The notes under the pieces: generated by a model
Seen by the model: only the letters and a program-made list of their open reading frames with translations
The model's database searches: none
What the model was told of the DNA's origin: nothing
From: the human T2T-CHM13v2.0 reference genome, Homo sapiens
DNA: 64,000 bases
Direction: 5' to 3'
NCBI GenBank assembly: GCA_009914755.4
Contig: CP068257.2
Span: forward strand, 43,008,001 to 43,072,000
Made by a program: the position numbers and the translations under genes
Shown here: positions 27,942 to 41,140 of the stretch, one piece after another
Position numbering within the stretch: the first letter of the stretch is position 1
Layout of the letters: every line of letters begins with the position of its first letter

Positions 27942-30600
27942 CATTTTTTTTTTCAGTTTTCATCTTGTTTATTCAGTTTGCTCCGAGGGCAAAATCAACA
28001 GTAGTAGAGATCACAAACATTATTTTGATTGGCCTCACAAGTCTGATCAGTAAAATCCGAAAAACAGAAAATGTTACACGAGTTGCAAAGAAAGCACTCC
28101 TGGAGTTCACTGACATGATAGCAAGTGGAAAGAATATAAATGCAACAGGTGTTAACATTTAGAACAGTACTTGTAAGCCTGCTCATGTCTAGACAATTCT
28201 GGGACCCTTGCGGCAAACCCTTCATGTATCACTGCTGATTTCCTTGACATGAAATACGACTTTACGAAAATCTTCCTAGACCTTACTCTGGCTGTACTTG
28301 AGTGGTTCTTGTGCCTACGGCGCTGGCATATGCTGTCAGGATTTCCATTATCTGTTTCGTTTCTAGGGTTATTCGGGCTTCCTTCAGCCAGTCTTGTGCC
28401 ACTTATCTGGATTCTCCCTTCAGCTGATTGACAAATTTTGCTACTAGCTCCAGATCACCATGCTCAATGCAATAGGAGGCATATGACAGTAATTTAAACG
28501 TGTTTATATCTTCAGATCAGAGCTCTGCAGCTTCAGTTGCTGAGGCGGGAATAGAAGCAGGGACTGCAGGTAGGAGAAGAAGTACTGGTACAAGCTATTT
28601 CTGGTTTAATCAATCATTGCTACCCTTCGGGCCAGTTTTTGAACAGCATAAAAGCGGACTCTAAGGGTCTCTTCACTGTACACCCCATGGGTCAGGGACT
28701 CTGGAGGGATAGCTGTGGCTAAAGCTTTGGTAAATTCATTATCAGAACAGTTGGCTTTGATGGCCTCAACTGCACTACCCAGTGGGACAGCAGGCATTTC
28801 TGCAGATGAGGTCTTCATGCTGTACTTTAATGCCTCCACTGAAAGCCAGAGTTGGTAGGCTTTTCTGGCTTCCTCTTCAGCAACTGCATGACTCTGAACA
28901 GCGTGTTCGATTCCTCTGAGTCTGGCATAGGCGGTATTTATATCCAGAGTAAAGTTGTGAACTTGCTCTTGACTTAGATGATGAAACTGTAATTCTTGTT
29001 CCGAGAGTTTCTCAGACAGGTTCTGCTCAAATTCATACTTCAATTCCTGTTCTTGAACCCTAAGGACATCTCACAAGTGATCAGTGTGGGCAGCTGCCTG
29101 TCAGTGAAGCTAGGTTCTCATTTCATTCTCCATGGCATCTCTGACTTCCTCTACCTTTCTGTCCTATTCAGCCTGCATTTTACTTCCATGATGTTCTAAT
29201 GCTTTTGCTACTACAGAGTCAAATGCCCGCTTTTCTTCCAGCGTTTGTTTCTCCAAGGCTAATGTGATGTGCTGCTTTTCTGTGGCCTTCTGTTCTGCTA
29301 GCTCTCTGTTCAGCTGATCGATGTGACGATGTGCACGGGCAATCAGGGAGTTCAGATCATCAGTAGAGAGCTTGTCAGCTGGGTCCGAAACGCTCATTCC
29401 TTTCCACCCAGGAAGGACTTCTGGAGTAATACTGTCCAGCTGTCGTTTAAAGTCATCCTGAGCTTGGCCCACCAGCTCATGATACTGAGATACAAGCTTA
29501 GCCTCAAATTGAGCTGCTTGGACCTTTTTGACCACATTATCCAGATCAACTATCATGTTGTGAAGTTTATATGAGGCTTGGCCCCAGCAACCTCTTCTTT
29601 CTTTGCATTTTCAGTCACACTTTTCATCTTCTCTACCTCTTCTTTGGCTTTGAGAAGGGCATTGGCAGCTTCATCTACTGCCTTTCTGTGTTCCTTCAAC
29701 GCACCTTGCACTGTGTGCCACTTAGCAGACTTCTTCTTGCCCTCAATCTCAGAATTGTCCATGGCGGCTTTCAATATGTTGGAGTGTGCATTGACAGCCT
29801 GGACCACAGTGTTCTGAGCTGCAATCGCCTGCAGAGTGACATTTGCAGTTTGCCTCAGAGCATCTTCAAAGCTCTTGGCTAGAGACTCAGTTTTAACTTG
29901 TTCTTGTTTTTCCTGTTGTGCAAGGCAAGCTGCAATTTCTTCACATGGTCGTTCCCTTATAGAAGATGAGGATGCTTCTTCTGAAAGTGCAGGTGTGGGT
30001 TTTCCTTCATCAATTTCAGGGTGATCAGTTTTTAAAGATTCCTCATGCTGAACCCCAGGGACCAACACTGTATCACCTGCGGTTGCTGAAGCTGGAGTAT
30101 CTCCCTTTTGTTTTTGGAGTTGTGAGGCAGGCTGTTTAAATTCTTTTGTTACTTCTGATACACTAGAGATTTTTAGTGGACCAGACTGAGTTGATTTCTT
30201 TGGCAATGGAACATTATAAGGTGCAGAACCAAGAACCACCTCGAAGAGTTTGTCTGAGTAAGGTATGGTTTTCTCTACTCTTTCTCGGAAATGGGAAGCC
30301 CATTTGGCATATAGGATAGTGCCACCAATACCTCCACCAAAAAACAAAAGGCCAGCTCCAGCAATGTTGCCAGTAGTCAACCACAGAGCTGCCTGAAGTA
30401 GAGTATCGGCGGCATGGTCGCAGTGGACGGAGGACTAACTTCCCATAGAGACAACTCTGGGCCACAGCGGTCACACTCGATAACTGACAGGCCTGCAGTA
30501 TCTGTCGAGCGGACGGTGCTGCTGGTGGATGCGGGAGCTGCCATGGCGGCACGAGTAAGTGGAGGCATGTGTACATATGTCAAGGATGCCTATTTTTATC
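27942..30600 (-). pseudogene. IMMTP1: Processed pseudogene of IMMT (mitofilin / MIC60, mitochondrial inner membrane protein), intronless, with poly-A tail, start codon mutated to ATA, several frameshifts
   Basis: Minus-strand ORF fragments at 30214-30576, 29553-30380, 29164-29556 and 28606-29043 translate to mitofilin: N-terminus ...[86 protein letters not shown]...; ...[19 protein letters not shown]...; ...EFEQNLSEKLSEQELQFHHLSQEQVHNFTLDINTAYARLRGIEHAVQSHAVAEEEARKAYQLWLSVEALKYSMKTSSAE.... They are collinear with no introns. An AATAAA signal and A-run lie at the 3' end (plus-strand tttttttttt at 27942-27951). An IMMT pseudogene is known in TSPEAR at 21q22.3, but I am naming it from memory. 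Confidence 0.8.
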
Positions 30601-31010
30601 ACTCCTATTGATATGGTTTGGATCTGTGTCCCCACCCAAACTTGAAATGTAATCCCCAGCGCTGGAGGTGGAGCCTGGTAGGAGGTGATTGGATCATGAG
30701 GGCCATTTCTCATGAATGGTTTAACACCATCCCTCTTGGTGGTATTGTCATGATAATCAGTTCTTGTGAGATCTGGTTGTTTAAAAGTGTGTGGCATCCT
30801 CCCCCCACCCACACTGCTCCAGAATGTGAAGCACTGGTGCCCCTTTTGCCTTCTGCCATGACTGTAAGCTTCCTGAGGCCTCCCTAGAAGCAGAAGCCTC
30901 TATGGTTCCTGTATAGCCTGCAGAACCATAAGCCAATTAAACCTCTTTTCTTTATAAATTACCCACTCTCAGGTATCTTTATAGCAATGTAAGAATGGAC
31001 TAATACACCT
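30600..31010 (+). mobile_element. MaLR solo LTR (THE1/MST-like) abutting the 5' end of the IMMT pseudogene, within L1 ORF2
   Basis: ttgatatggtttggatctgtgtccccacccaaacttgaaatgtaatccccagcgctggaggtggagcctggtaggaggtgattggatcatgagggcc...ccaattaaacctcttttctttataaattacccactctcaggtatctttatagcaatgtaagaatggactaatacac. Confidence 0.7.
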
Positions 31011-34008
31011 ATTCAACATAGTACTGGAAGTCCAATCCAGTGCAATCAGGTAAGAGATAGAAATAAAAGCCGTCCCAATTGGAAGAGAGGAAGTCAAATT
31101 GTCCCTCTTTGCACATGACATGATTTTATATTTAGAAAAATCTAAAGACTCCACCAAAAAACTATTAGAACTGATAAACAAATTTAGTAAAGTTGCAGGA
31201 TACAAAATCAACATATAAAAATCAGTAGTGTTTCGATACACCAATAACAAACTAGCTGAAAAAGTAAGCAAAAAGGCAATCCATGAAGGCTAAAACAACT
31301 CCATCTTGGATGCTAATCTGCCATATGGACTTCTAGTTAACCTGTTCTGGGAAGGCCTCTAAAATTTCCAGTTTATCTACTGTTCCTTGTATAAGAGCAC
31401 ATACTATAAATCCTGCTTCAAAACAACCTTGACGTTATCCTACTTCAATTGGTCTACAGAGCCCTTCTAAATCACATATACCCTTTCCTTATGGTATATA
31501 AGCCTTGGGTCTGGAGGGGTAATGGCACAGGGATCCACCAGCTTATCTTACCACCACCCAAGACACAGACATGGCTTCTGTTTTAAGTCCTTATTAAATG
31601 TTTCTTTCTGAGAAACTGGATTTGTCAGCCTCTTTCTGTGGCCTCTCAGCTTCCTTGAACTTTGGGGGTAGGTTTGCATAGACCTGCCCATGGAACACAA
31701 TCTCATTCACAATAGCTATTTTAAAAATAAAATACCTGGCAATAAATATAACCAAGGATGTGAAGGACCTCTGCAAAGAAAACTACAAAACACTGATAAA
31801 ATAAATTGAAGAAGACACAAACAAATGGAAAGACATTCCATGTTCATGGATCAGAAGAAATGATATTGTTAGAAAGATCATACTATCCAAAGCAATCAAC
31901 AGACTCAATGCAATCTCTATCAAAATGCCAATGACATGTTTCACAGAAGTAGAAAAAACAGTCCTAAAATTCATATGGAACCGAAAAGGACCCTGAATAG
32001 CCAAAGTTATCCTGAACAAAAAGAACAAACCTGTAGGTATCACACCGCTTGACTTCAAAATATATTACAAGGCTAAACAGCATAGTATTGGTATAAAACC
32101 AGACACATAGATCAATGGAACAGAATAGAGAACCCAGAAATAAATCCATATATTTACAGCCAATTGATTTTCAACAAAGGTGCCAAGAACATACAATAGA
32201 GAAAGGACACCCCTTCAATAAATGGTGCTGGGAAAACTGGATAGCCACATGCAGAAGAATGAAACTGGATCCCTACCTCTCATCATATACAGAAATCAAC
32301 TCAAGATGTATCAAAGCCTTAAACATAAGACCGAAAACCATAAAGCTACTAGAAGAAAACATAAATGAAATGCTCCAGGACATTGGTCTAGGCAAACAGT
32401 TTATGGCTAAGACTACAAAAACACAGGCAACAAAAACCAAAATAGACAAATGAGATTATATTAAACTGAAAAGCTCTGCACAGCAAACGGAACAATCAAC
32501 AGAGTGAAGAGACAACCTGTGTAATGGGAGAAAATATTTGTAAACTATGCATCTGACAAGTGACTAATATCCAGAATATGTAAGGAACTCAAACAACTCA
32601 ACAACAACAACAAAACAAATAATTCCATTAATAAATGGGCAAAGCACCTGAATAGGCATCTCTCAAAAGAAGACATACAAATGGCCAACAGGTATATTAA
32701 AAAAAACTCAACATCACTAATCATCAGGGAACTTCAGATCAAAACTACAATGAGATAGCATCATCTTACCCCAATTAGAATGGCTATTATCAAAAAGACA
32801 AAAAATAACAGATGCTGGTAAAGATGTGGAGAAAAGGGAACTCTTATACATCATTTGTGGAAGTGTAAATTAGTACAGCCATTATCAAAAATGGTATACA
32901 GATTTCTCAGAAAACTAAAATAAAACTACCATACTATCCAGCAATCCTGCTACTATTTATTCAAAGGATAGGGAATTGGTGTATCAAAAAGATACCTGCA
33001 CCCCCATGTTTATTGCAGCACTATTCACAATAGCCAAGATACAGATTCAACCTAAATGTCTATCAATAAATAAATGAATCAAGAAACTGTGGTATATATT
33101 TACAATGGAATCTTATTCGGCCATAAAAAAGAATGAAGTCCTGCCATTTGCAGCAACATGGATGGAACCGAAGGTCATTAAAGACAAATATTACATGTTC
33201 TCACTCACATGTGGGAGTTCACAAAGTTGATCTCATGGAAGTAGAGAGTAGAATGATATTACCAGAGGTGAAGAACGGTGTGTGTTAGAGGAGAAGTGAG
33301 TTTGGTTAATGGGTACGAACATACAGTTACACAGAAAGAATAAGTTCTAATATTTGATAGCAGCATAGGGTGACTACAGTTAACAATGTATTGTATGTCT
33401 CAAATCAGCTAGAAGAGAGAGTGTAAAATGTCCTCAACACAGAGAAATGATAGACAAGGTGATGAATATCCTGATTTCATCATTACGTATCCTCTGTGTG
33501 TAAAGTATTTCATATGCCCCACAAATATGTAAACATATTATGTATCAATTTTTAAAAAGTGCCATATGTAGATCAGTGATGGGAGTGTGTGCTGCAGAAC
33601 TAATCCAGTTCTGTAAACCTGAGATCCTCCGCGACCCGGGAAGCAGGACATCCACCAACCACATGGGAAAGCCCGATCCTCAGTGCTCTGAGGCTTTGGC
33701 CATCAATGCAGGGCTTGCTGGCCTGGAGCAGGAGTGGACAGCCAGTGGGGAAGCAAGGCCACTCCACCACAGGCGGGTAAGTCACCGCTGTGGCCACTGC
33801 AGCTGGGCCCCAGGAGCCCTGGGAGAGACCACATGGGCATCTGCAGCTGCGCCCTCCACCCGGGACACCACCTTCTGATGAGCACTGGGTGAAGGGATCA
33901 CTGAAGAGGGTTTAGCAGCAAATTCTATGTAATCAGCAGAATAGATAGCGGGGAGTATAGAAATAAAAAAGAGAGACAAGAAACGCAGAGTTGCATGGGG
34001 AAAGCTGG

Positions 34009-34014
34009 TTTATT
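34009..34014 (-). terminator. Polyadenylation signal (minus strand) for KRTAP12-1
   Basis: Plus-strand ggtttatttgactc, at the position homologous to the KRTAP12-2 signal. Confidence 0.55.
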
Positions 34015-34247
34015 TGACTCTCATGGGGTCAGAGAATGACTCTGGGACCCCAGACTTCCCTGGGGGGATAGGCAAGTTCAGCCAGGGCTCCAGATCATTC
34101 TATTATATTCTCGATCCAGAATTCAGAGGGTTCACTGAGCATGCTTTTCACCTGCACCATGTGCAGAAGACCAACTGAGGACTCATCTAGGGAGTGTACA
34201 GGTGTGGCCTCATCTGCACTGGGAGCAGCGGGTCTGGAGATTCATGC

Positions 34248-34538
34248 TCAGCAGCAGGAAGGGGTGCTGCAGGAGATGGGTCTGCAGAGGACGCTGGTGC
34301 AGGAAGGCTGGCAGCACCCAGAGGACTGGCAGGAGGGAGCCGCATACACGACGGGCCTGCAGCTCACGGGCACGCACACAGAGGACTGGCATCTCACGGG
34401 CACACACACGGCTGGCTTGAAGCTCACGGGCACGCACACGGAGGACTGGCAGCCCACGGGGATGTAACAGGATGCCTGGCAGGGGCTGGGCGCGCAGCAG
34501 GCTGGCTGGCAGCCCGAGGAGCAGCTGGTGTGGCACAT
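34248..34538 (-). CDS. KRTAP12-1: Keratin-associated protein 12-1 (96 aa, single exon)
   Basis: MCHTSCSSGCQPACCAPSPCQASCYIPVGCQSSVCVPVSFKPAVCVPVRCQSSVCVPVSCRPVVYAAPSCQSSGCCQPSCTSVLCRPISCSTPSCC is 96 aa. It is the last KRTAP12 gene before KRTAP10-12. Confidence 0.8.
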   Translation of the reverse strand: MCHTSCSSGCQPACCAPSPCQASCYIPVGCQSSVCVPVSFKPAVCVPVRCQSSVCVPVSCRPVVYAAPSCQSSGCCQPSCTSVLCRPISCSTPSCC

Positions 34539-34606
34539 GGTGGCGTGTGGCTGGATAAGGTCGAGGCAGAGGGCAGTGATGTCTGGGGACGGCCTCCCTG
34601 GGTAGC

Positions 34607-34613
34607 CTTTATA
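34607..34613 (-). promoter_or_regulatory. TATA box of KRTAP12-1 (minus strand ggtataaaggctac)
   Basis: Plus-strand gcctttatacc lies about 70 bp upstream of the ATG. Confidence 0.7.
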
Positions 34614-35796
34614 CCTGGACCCAGGCATCCCCACAGCACAGAAGCACACACCTGTTGTCTTCCTTGTTTTTCTTCCTCAAGGCTGTTTCCTGGAACTCAG
34701 TTTTCTGTCGTAGATGATGTTTTTTATCTGGCCCTTTGTTTCGTGACTAATTGCACCCTCTTCAAGCTCTTGTTACATTTGGAAACCTGCCCAAATTTAT
34801 CAGTGATGCACAGGCAGTTTTAGCTCCACCTGCCTGATATCTGCCTCCCTTCGTTAGTTCTACGCTGAAGCAGACATGAGTGGTACCCAAAAGAGCTCCT
34901 CGAACCGCAACTTCTGTTGCATCAACCAGAAACTTTGGGGAAGAGACCAGAACTGAATATAGACAATGAAATCATACTGGGGAACCTGCTGGAGTGAGTG
35001 ATGCAAAGCTGGCTACTCTATCAACTATACAGTTGAGATTTAGGAGATGCTCGTTTTCAGGCAGCCGTCAACCAGCAGTGCAGACTGTGCTTCCTGAGAG
35101 AGAAGAAACTTAGGAGATAAACTCCCATTTCCCAGCTCTCTGCTGGGGCAGGCTTCCAAAATGCAGTGTCACCTTCCAAAATGCAGTGTCACCAGCCGGA
35201 GTCAGAGCAGAATACAGTGACCCAACTCTGCCGAGGAGGAAGGGGCCAGCGCTCAAGCAGCTGAAGCCCTGGAGTCCGAGGAGCAGAGAAGCGGAAAGAA
35301 GGATCCGTGTGGAGAGCAGGCCCCGCACTGTGGGAGCTGACTGTGAATCTGTGGAACGGGGCAGGGCTGTGCATTCCCAGGGCAAGGCAACCACAGGCTC
35401 ACCAGAGAGAAGCTGCCAGAGGATTGAGAGTGAAGCCCCCCTCCAGTCCCCACGTCGACATCCAGCCGAGACCCCCTACAGCCCGGCACCAAATGAGTAA
35501 GGACCACAGACTACAGTGAGACCCGCCTAGGCCAGCCCGAACAAAGCCTAAACCAATTCAGAATAGGATTTTTAGGGAAGACAGTTTGGAATGTGAGTCC
35601 CACCAAGATACAGAGTGTTCCAAGTTGTAGATGCTTCCCAGAGATCCACCCTAGCAAAGTGTTGAACAAAAACTGCACAAGATTAAGGTCATTCTCCAGT
35701 AACTGACGGCTAGAAAATCAGAAACATGATACAGCTCAGAGTCTGTAAATGCATTATTATGATACCTCATACACAATCAAAATCATCAGATATTGA

Positions 35797-36092
35797 CCAG
35801 GCACGGTTGTTTATGCCTGTAATCCCAGCACTTTGGGAGACCAAGATGGGAAGATTGCTTGAGGCTAGGAGTTTGAGACCAGCCTGGGCAACATAGTGAG
35901 ACTCTGTCTCTACAAAAAAAATGGTTAAAAATTAGCCAGACATGGTGGTGCATGCTTGTGGTCCCGGCTACACGGTAGGTTGAGGCAGGAGGGTCTATTG
36001 AGCCTGGGAGGTTGAGGATGCCATGAGTTATGATCACACCACTGCACTCCAGCCAGGGCAACAGAGCAAGACCCCGTCTCAAAAAACAAATC
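35797..36092 (+). mobile_element. Alu SINE
   Basis: ccaggcacggttgtttatgcctgtaatcccagcactttgggagaccaagatggg... Confidence 0.85.
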
Positions 36093-36660
36093 ATCAGATA
36101 TTAAAGATATAGGTAAATTTAATTCACTGTTAAAAAAAATAAACCTGAGATGGTCTAGATATTGGACATGGCAAATGATGACTGTAAGCAGCTATTATAG
36201 ACATCTTCCAAAAAATCCAAGAAAACTGTTCAAATAATTAAAGGAAAACATTGTCTTCATGAATGGATAAATAGGGAATCTCAGTAGAGTAATTGAAGCT
36301 ATTTTTTAAAATGGGAATCCTAGAACTGAAAAGTACAGTAGTTAGAAATTTTAAATACACCAAATTTGACTTCAAAAATCAACAACGTCCAAATCCAGGA
36401 ATCTCAGAAAGCCCCCAGTAGGATAAATAGGAAGAAAACCACATCCAGGCACATCATGAAGTGATGACAACCAAAAATGAAGACAAAATCTCAAAAGCAG
36501 TGACAGGAAGACACTTTACATACAAAGGAACAAGGATAAGAAAAACGCCCTGGCTTCTCGTGAGAAACAGTGGAGACACATCTTTAAAATGCTGAGCAAC
36601 AATAACTGGCAATCCAGAAGTCTACATCTATGAAGAACGTGCTTAAAGACTGAGATTGAG

Positions 36661-36952
36661 GCCGGGCCGGGCACTGTGGTTCACACCTCTAATCCCAGCA
36701 CTTTGAAGGCTGAGGCAAGAGGATCACTTGAGCCCAGGAGTTGTAGACCAGCCTGGGCAACAAGCAAGAGCACATCTCTACAGAAAATTTAAAAATTAGC
36801 TAGGGGTGGCGGTGTGCACCTGTAGTCCCAACTATTCAGGAGGATGAGGCAGGAGGATAGCTTGAGCCCAGGAGTTCGAAGCTGCAGTGAGCTATGACTG
36901 CACCATCACACTTCAGCCTGGGTGACCGAGCAAGAAGGGTCTCAAAAAACCC
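36661..36952 (+). mobile_element. Alu SINE (older subfamily)
   Basis: ggccgggccgggcactgtggttcacacctctaatcccagcactttgaaggctgaggcaagaggatcacttgagcccaggagtt... Confidence 0.85.
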
Positions 36953-37035
36953 CAGAAACTGAGATTGAAGTGAAAACCTGTTCAGAGGAGCAAAAGCTGG
37001 GAGAAATGCTCCCCTGCAGATGTGCACTGCAGGCA

Positions 37036-37190
37036 ACGTGGACAGATGTGCTTTAGGTTGACTAGGACGAGGCCAGGTGGGCCCTGACCTGCAGGAAGGA
37101 GTAAGGGCCAGGCAACGTGCACGGATGTGCTTTAGGTTGACTAGGACGAGGCCAGATGGGCCCTGACCTGCAGGAAGGAGATGGGGGAAG
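37036..37190. repeat. ~62-bp tandem duplication x2.5
   Basis: Two and a half consecutive copies of gcaacgtgcacggatgtgctttaggttgactaggacgaggccagrtgggccctgacctgcaggaaggag. Confidence 0.8.
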
Positions 37191-38649
37191 GTAAAGGAGC
37201 AGGTAAATATCAAAGATGCATCCTCATTCTTCTGTAGTCAACTTGTAAGACAGCTAACCTTTAAAATGGATTACTTGGTGACTAGGTCACATAGGAACAT
37301 GTGATCACTGTGGCTGCCCCAATTCTCCTGGTTTTTAAGTGTGATTCTGAACTATAGCAGTGAAAGGAGTTGCCTGTGACAGGGCTGAACTTGTGGCCTC
37401 ACCCGGCTTGTCCCTAGGCCTTAAGGTCACTCCCACATGGCCACAGATCGGCTCTGGGTCCATAGACTTCTAAGTTCTGTCCACAGCTCTGAGACCCCAC
37501 TTGGTCTTCAGCCTTGGAGGGGATTTCATTAACGTGGTGTCTGACTTGTCTGAAGGCTTCTTGGCAGGAATCACCCATATCCACCACCAGCAGGCACAGG
37601 AGGACCCACACAGGAGCAGAGGGTGCCCCTGGGAGCTGCCTGGGATGGAGGGAGTAGCTCTGCCGTGAGAGATGGCTCATACCCCTACTGTGTGACACCA
37701 CCGTAGAATAAAGCGCTGTGGCCAATCCATCGAGAGAACAGAGCTGGAGTGTGAGGAGGAGCGTGTCATCCACACTCCTGCCCACTGCTTCCCAAGTTCA
37801 GGGGCATCCTGGAATTTCACACCAGCTCCTCACTTTCCCCCAAGCTGCCTCTGCAGGGGTGAGACTGACCAGACCCACAGCGAGGGAGAGGAACCAGACA
37901 TGAGTAGCTCAGGCCCTCCTCTGTGATGGGTCCTCCTGGGCTCCGTCTGCAGAGGAGGTGTCCTGTGGCCATTAGTGCTACTCGTGGGAAGTGGACACTT
38001 CTGAGGTGTGGTGTCAGGAAGCCCACTGTGGTCACACGCCTGAGCCATGCTCTGCAGACGCCAACGTGGCTGATGTTTTCATCCATCTTCTCTGTCCCAG
38101 CTGGTTCAGGACTTCAGGATGAGTCACTTATTGAACGCTCTACCCCCGGTATAATTTGGCACAGTGGTAATGACCATGGATCCCAGAGTGAAACTAAGCA
38201 GTCCAGATCCCTGCACCTCTGCAGTGGTGCAGACACGCACCCATTGTGCAAACCCTCTATGACTTACAAATTGCACATCTGTAAAATGGGGTATCAGCCA
38301 CCCCGAATGCTGGCAAAGATCAATGAGATAATCACAACCTGGCACAGTGTTAGACCTCTGTGCATTACTGTTACCTCAATAATCATCATTATTATTCCAC
38401 AATATGGAGCCCAGTAGCTTGGCTCTCATTACTTGGGAAGACCCTGATGATGACTGAGCTTCTCAGTCAAAACGGGGCCCCTGGTGTAGTGAGTGTGACT
38501 GTGCTTGTGTGAGCTCCAGATGGCATTTACAACAGGGGGACCTTGAACATCCATGAGGTGGACCCCTGGCCTCACTGACAGCCCTTCACCAGCTCCCCTC
38601 GGCTCTGTTTCCAGGAAACACATGGTCTGCTGAGTCATGGGAACCCCCA

Positions 38650-39050
38650 GCTCAGAGGTTCCTGAACTGAGTAACCTCAACAAGAAAACCCAGAAAGATC
38701 AACAGGAGAGGGCAGAGGAGGAAAACCCACCCAAGGAGGAAGATGCCAGGGGCCTTGCTGCCCGGATGCCCGTGACCTGCCCTGGTTCTATGCTGCATCT
38801 CCACCACCTGCTGCCCACCCAGGGCTGTGGGACCTCCTGCTGCCACCTGGCCACCCCCGCCCTGCCCCCCGCACCGTGCAGCTCTGCTGTGCCGGCCCCT
38901 GTGTGAGGCGTCCACCTCCTGCCAGCTGGCCTGCCGCATGCTCAGGTCGGGCCTGTGTGTGGCCGCCTCCTGCCGGTCCTCCAGGTGCTGCCCGCCCTTC
39001 TGCCCCTTCCCTGGCCTGCAGACGTGTGACCTGCCACACCGGCCTGCTGC
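38650..39050 (+). pseudogene. KRTAP12-4-like pseudogene. The 5'UTR and coding remnant are present, but the TATA box, ATG and first ~25 codons are deleted
   Basis: This copy aligns to the reverse complement of KRTAP12-4 and its promoter. It reads ...caacaagaaaacccagaaagatcaacaggagagggcagaggaggaaaacccacccaaggaggaagatgccaggggccttgctgcccggatgcc then jumps into ...ctcctgctgccacctggcc...ctctgctgtgccggcccctgtgtgaggcgtccacctcctgccag.... Cys-rich frames read LLCRPLCEASTSCQLAC. No intact start codon is present. Confidence 0.6.
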
Positions 39051-40857
39051 TGATGGATTATCCTGATAATCAACTCTCTGCTATTGTTTAGCAAAAGCCT
39101 TTCCCTTTGTCCTATTATCAGAATCCCCCTGCACTTCTCAGTCCCTGGTGACAGATCCACCTCCCACCGTGGCTGGAATTTCCCCTGAACGTTCTTGTGC
39201 AGGAAGGCTTAGTTCTCTATCAAAAATAAGTCTCTCTGCTCCTTAATAGTGGGTCTTTTTAAAAATTTCCCTGAAGCTGTTTCTCGTTGTCCTTTGCCTT
39301 CCTGACCAAGACAATGTCAGCATGGGGTTCTGTCCTTGGTCACTGCTCAGAGGTGGAGCTTGACCCTGGGATGTCGGGAAGACGCTCTGGGAAAAGCTGT
39401 GGCTGAAGCTGCTGAGTCCAAAGGGGGTGTCTCCTTCCCAGTAGTTTCAGACGAGGATCTCTCAGCCAGGACTCTTCTGGAGCCTGGAAACCAAGCCACA
39501 GGACGAAGGGCTGCGGGAAGAAGGAGGCTGAGCCTGGGGAACCTGGTGGCTGCCTTCGGGTGTCAGAAGGGCTTTCCCCCAGCACGCGTTTCCCCAGAGG
39601 CTGGATTGGGGCCACTGAGGCGGTGTGACAGGGAGGTAGATTTCAGCTCAGCAGGAGGAAGGGTCCCCTGAAAGCCAGGGCTCCCAGTGACACACTGGGC
39701 GCCTGGTGATTACTCAGCTTCTGGGTGCTGAGGGCTCTGAACGGCAGGCACACTTGTCCCACTGTATCATAACAGAAAAAACCGGAACGGCCCATGTGCC
39801 CATTAGCTGGTGGATGGATAAACACAGCGTGACAGAGCGGTACAGCGGAATCCACACCAGCACTGAGGGCGGCATTGCTTACGCACACAGCAACAGGAAC
39901 GCATCGCAGAAACACCGCGCGGGGTGGGAGAGGCCGGCACCAGAGGACTTGCTGTATGACTCCATCTGAATGAGTTCTAAAACAAGGAGAACCAATTCAT
40001 GCTTTAAAAAATTCTCAGCAGTGGCCATCTCTGGGGGATTGGGTGAAATTGACTGGGGAAGGCAGAAGAGTTCTGGAGAGGATGGTAAAGTCCAGGGTCC
40101 TGATGGGGGTCCTCTCCCAGCCAGGAGGGAAGCCAGGACCACCCTCTCCCCTGGGCCTTGAGGGGGCCTGGGTGAGCTGTGTTGACAGATTGGCAAACTT
40201 CGTCAAATGATACCCTTGAGATTTGAATCATTTCACATGCAAAACAAATGCTGAACTCGAGTTAATGGCAGGTTGCTGCAGTGTGTGAGTGAAGTGTGCG
40301 GTTGCTGCACCTTCCCCTGCAGTGCCTGTGAAATATGATGCACTGACAGAGGCCGGCTCGGGGGTGAGTATCCGATCAAGCACAGTGAGTGACGTGCCAG
40401 GTGCAGATCCAGGGCCGGGCGCGTGGATGCCCACTGTTTAATTTTTACAACTTTTCTGTATGTTTCCGTTTTTCATAACAAAATGAAAATAAAGATAGTT
40501 TTTAAAAAGTAGTTCAGAAGATGAAAACAGTAAATGTTTTCATAAAAAATAGAAGCCACACATGAGATCCTTGCTTTGGAGAATTGGGCTATGATCAGAG
40601 GGAAGTGGGGTGCACTCAGAGAATTGGGGTACCCAGCATTCAGGGAGAATAACGGTGGATCGCAGGTCAGCCAAATGTCCCAGAAGCAGCAGGACAGTCA
40701 TGAGGAAGCCAACACTACTCAAACAGTGTGGCTGCCCCAGGGCAGGATGGCAGACCCAGCCCACCATTCCCATCTCCACCTTCCCAAGACCACCACAGGG
40801 GAGGGCAAGTGAGTTTACCAAGGATGAGGGACTCCAGCAATGAAAAGGAAAGAGACG

Positions 40858-41140
40858 GCCAGGCGCGGTGGCTCACGCCTGTAATCCCAGCACTTTGGGA
40901 GGCCGAGGAGGGCAGATCATGAGGTCAGGAGATGGAGACCATCCTGGCTAACACGGTGAAACCCTGTCTCTACTAAAATTACAAAAAATCAGCCGGGTAT
41001 GGTGGCGGGCGCCTGTAGTCCCAGCTAGTCAGGAGGCTGAGGCATGAACCCGGGAGGTGGAGCTTGCAGTGAGCCGAGATCGCCCCACTGGACTCCAGCC
41101 TGGGCAACAGAGCCAGACTCTATCTCAAAGAAAAAAAAAT
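40858..41140 (+). mobile_element. Alu SINE
   Basis: ggccaggcgcggtggctcacgcctgtaatcccagcactttgggaggccgaggagggcagatcatgaggtcaggagatggagacc... Confidence 0.9.

Larger units (their letters stand above)
33570..34700. repeat. Segmental duplicon copy B (KRTAP12-1 unit), direct repeat of 18180..19500
   Basis: Collinear near-identity with copy A, including the flanking non-coding sequence. Confidence 0.85.
37000..39070. repeat. Inverted segmental duplicate of 6700..8850 (the KRTAP12-4 gene plus about 1.8 kb of upstream flank)
   Basis: ORF pairs with near-identical translations on opposite strands: 7302-7493(+) vs 38429-38683(-); 7638-8006(-) vs 37923-38417(+); 7831-8100(+) vs 37817-38086(-); 8236-8502(+) vs 37414-37785(-). 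Direct nucleotide alignment of 7150-7260 (reverse complement) with 38650-38770 also matches. Confidence 0.85.

Noticed and set aside
28606-30380. Three sizeable minus-strand ORFs (145, 130, 275 aa) that could be mistaken for protein-coding genes
   Set aside because: They are consecutive, frameshifted pieces of one intronless IMMT/mitofilin retrocopy with a poly-A tail and a mutated initiator (ATG to ATA). They lie inside an L1. I call this a processed pseudogene, not a gene.
39300-40450. Several 60-110 aa ORFs on both strands in a moderately GC-rich, repeat-free stretch
   Set aside because: They have no family resemblance, no conserved motifs and no evident exon-intron signals. They may belong to a non-coding transcript but cannot be supported as coding from sequence alone.
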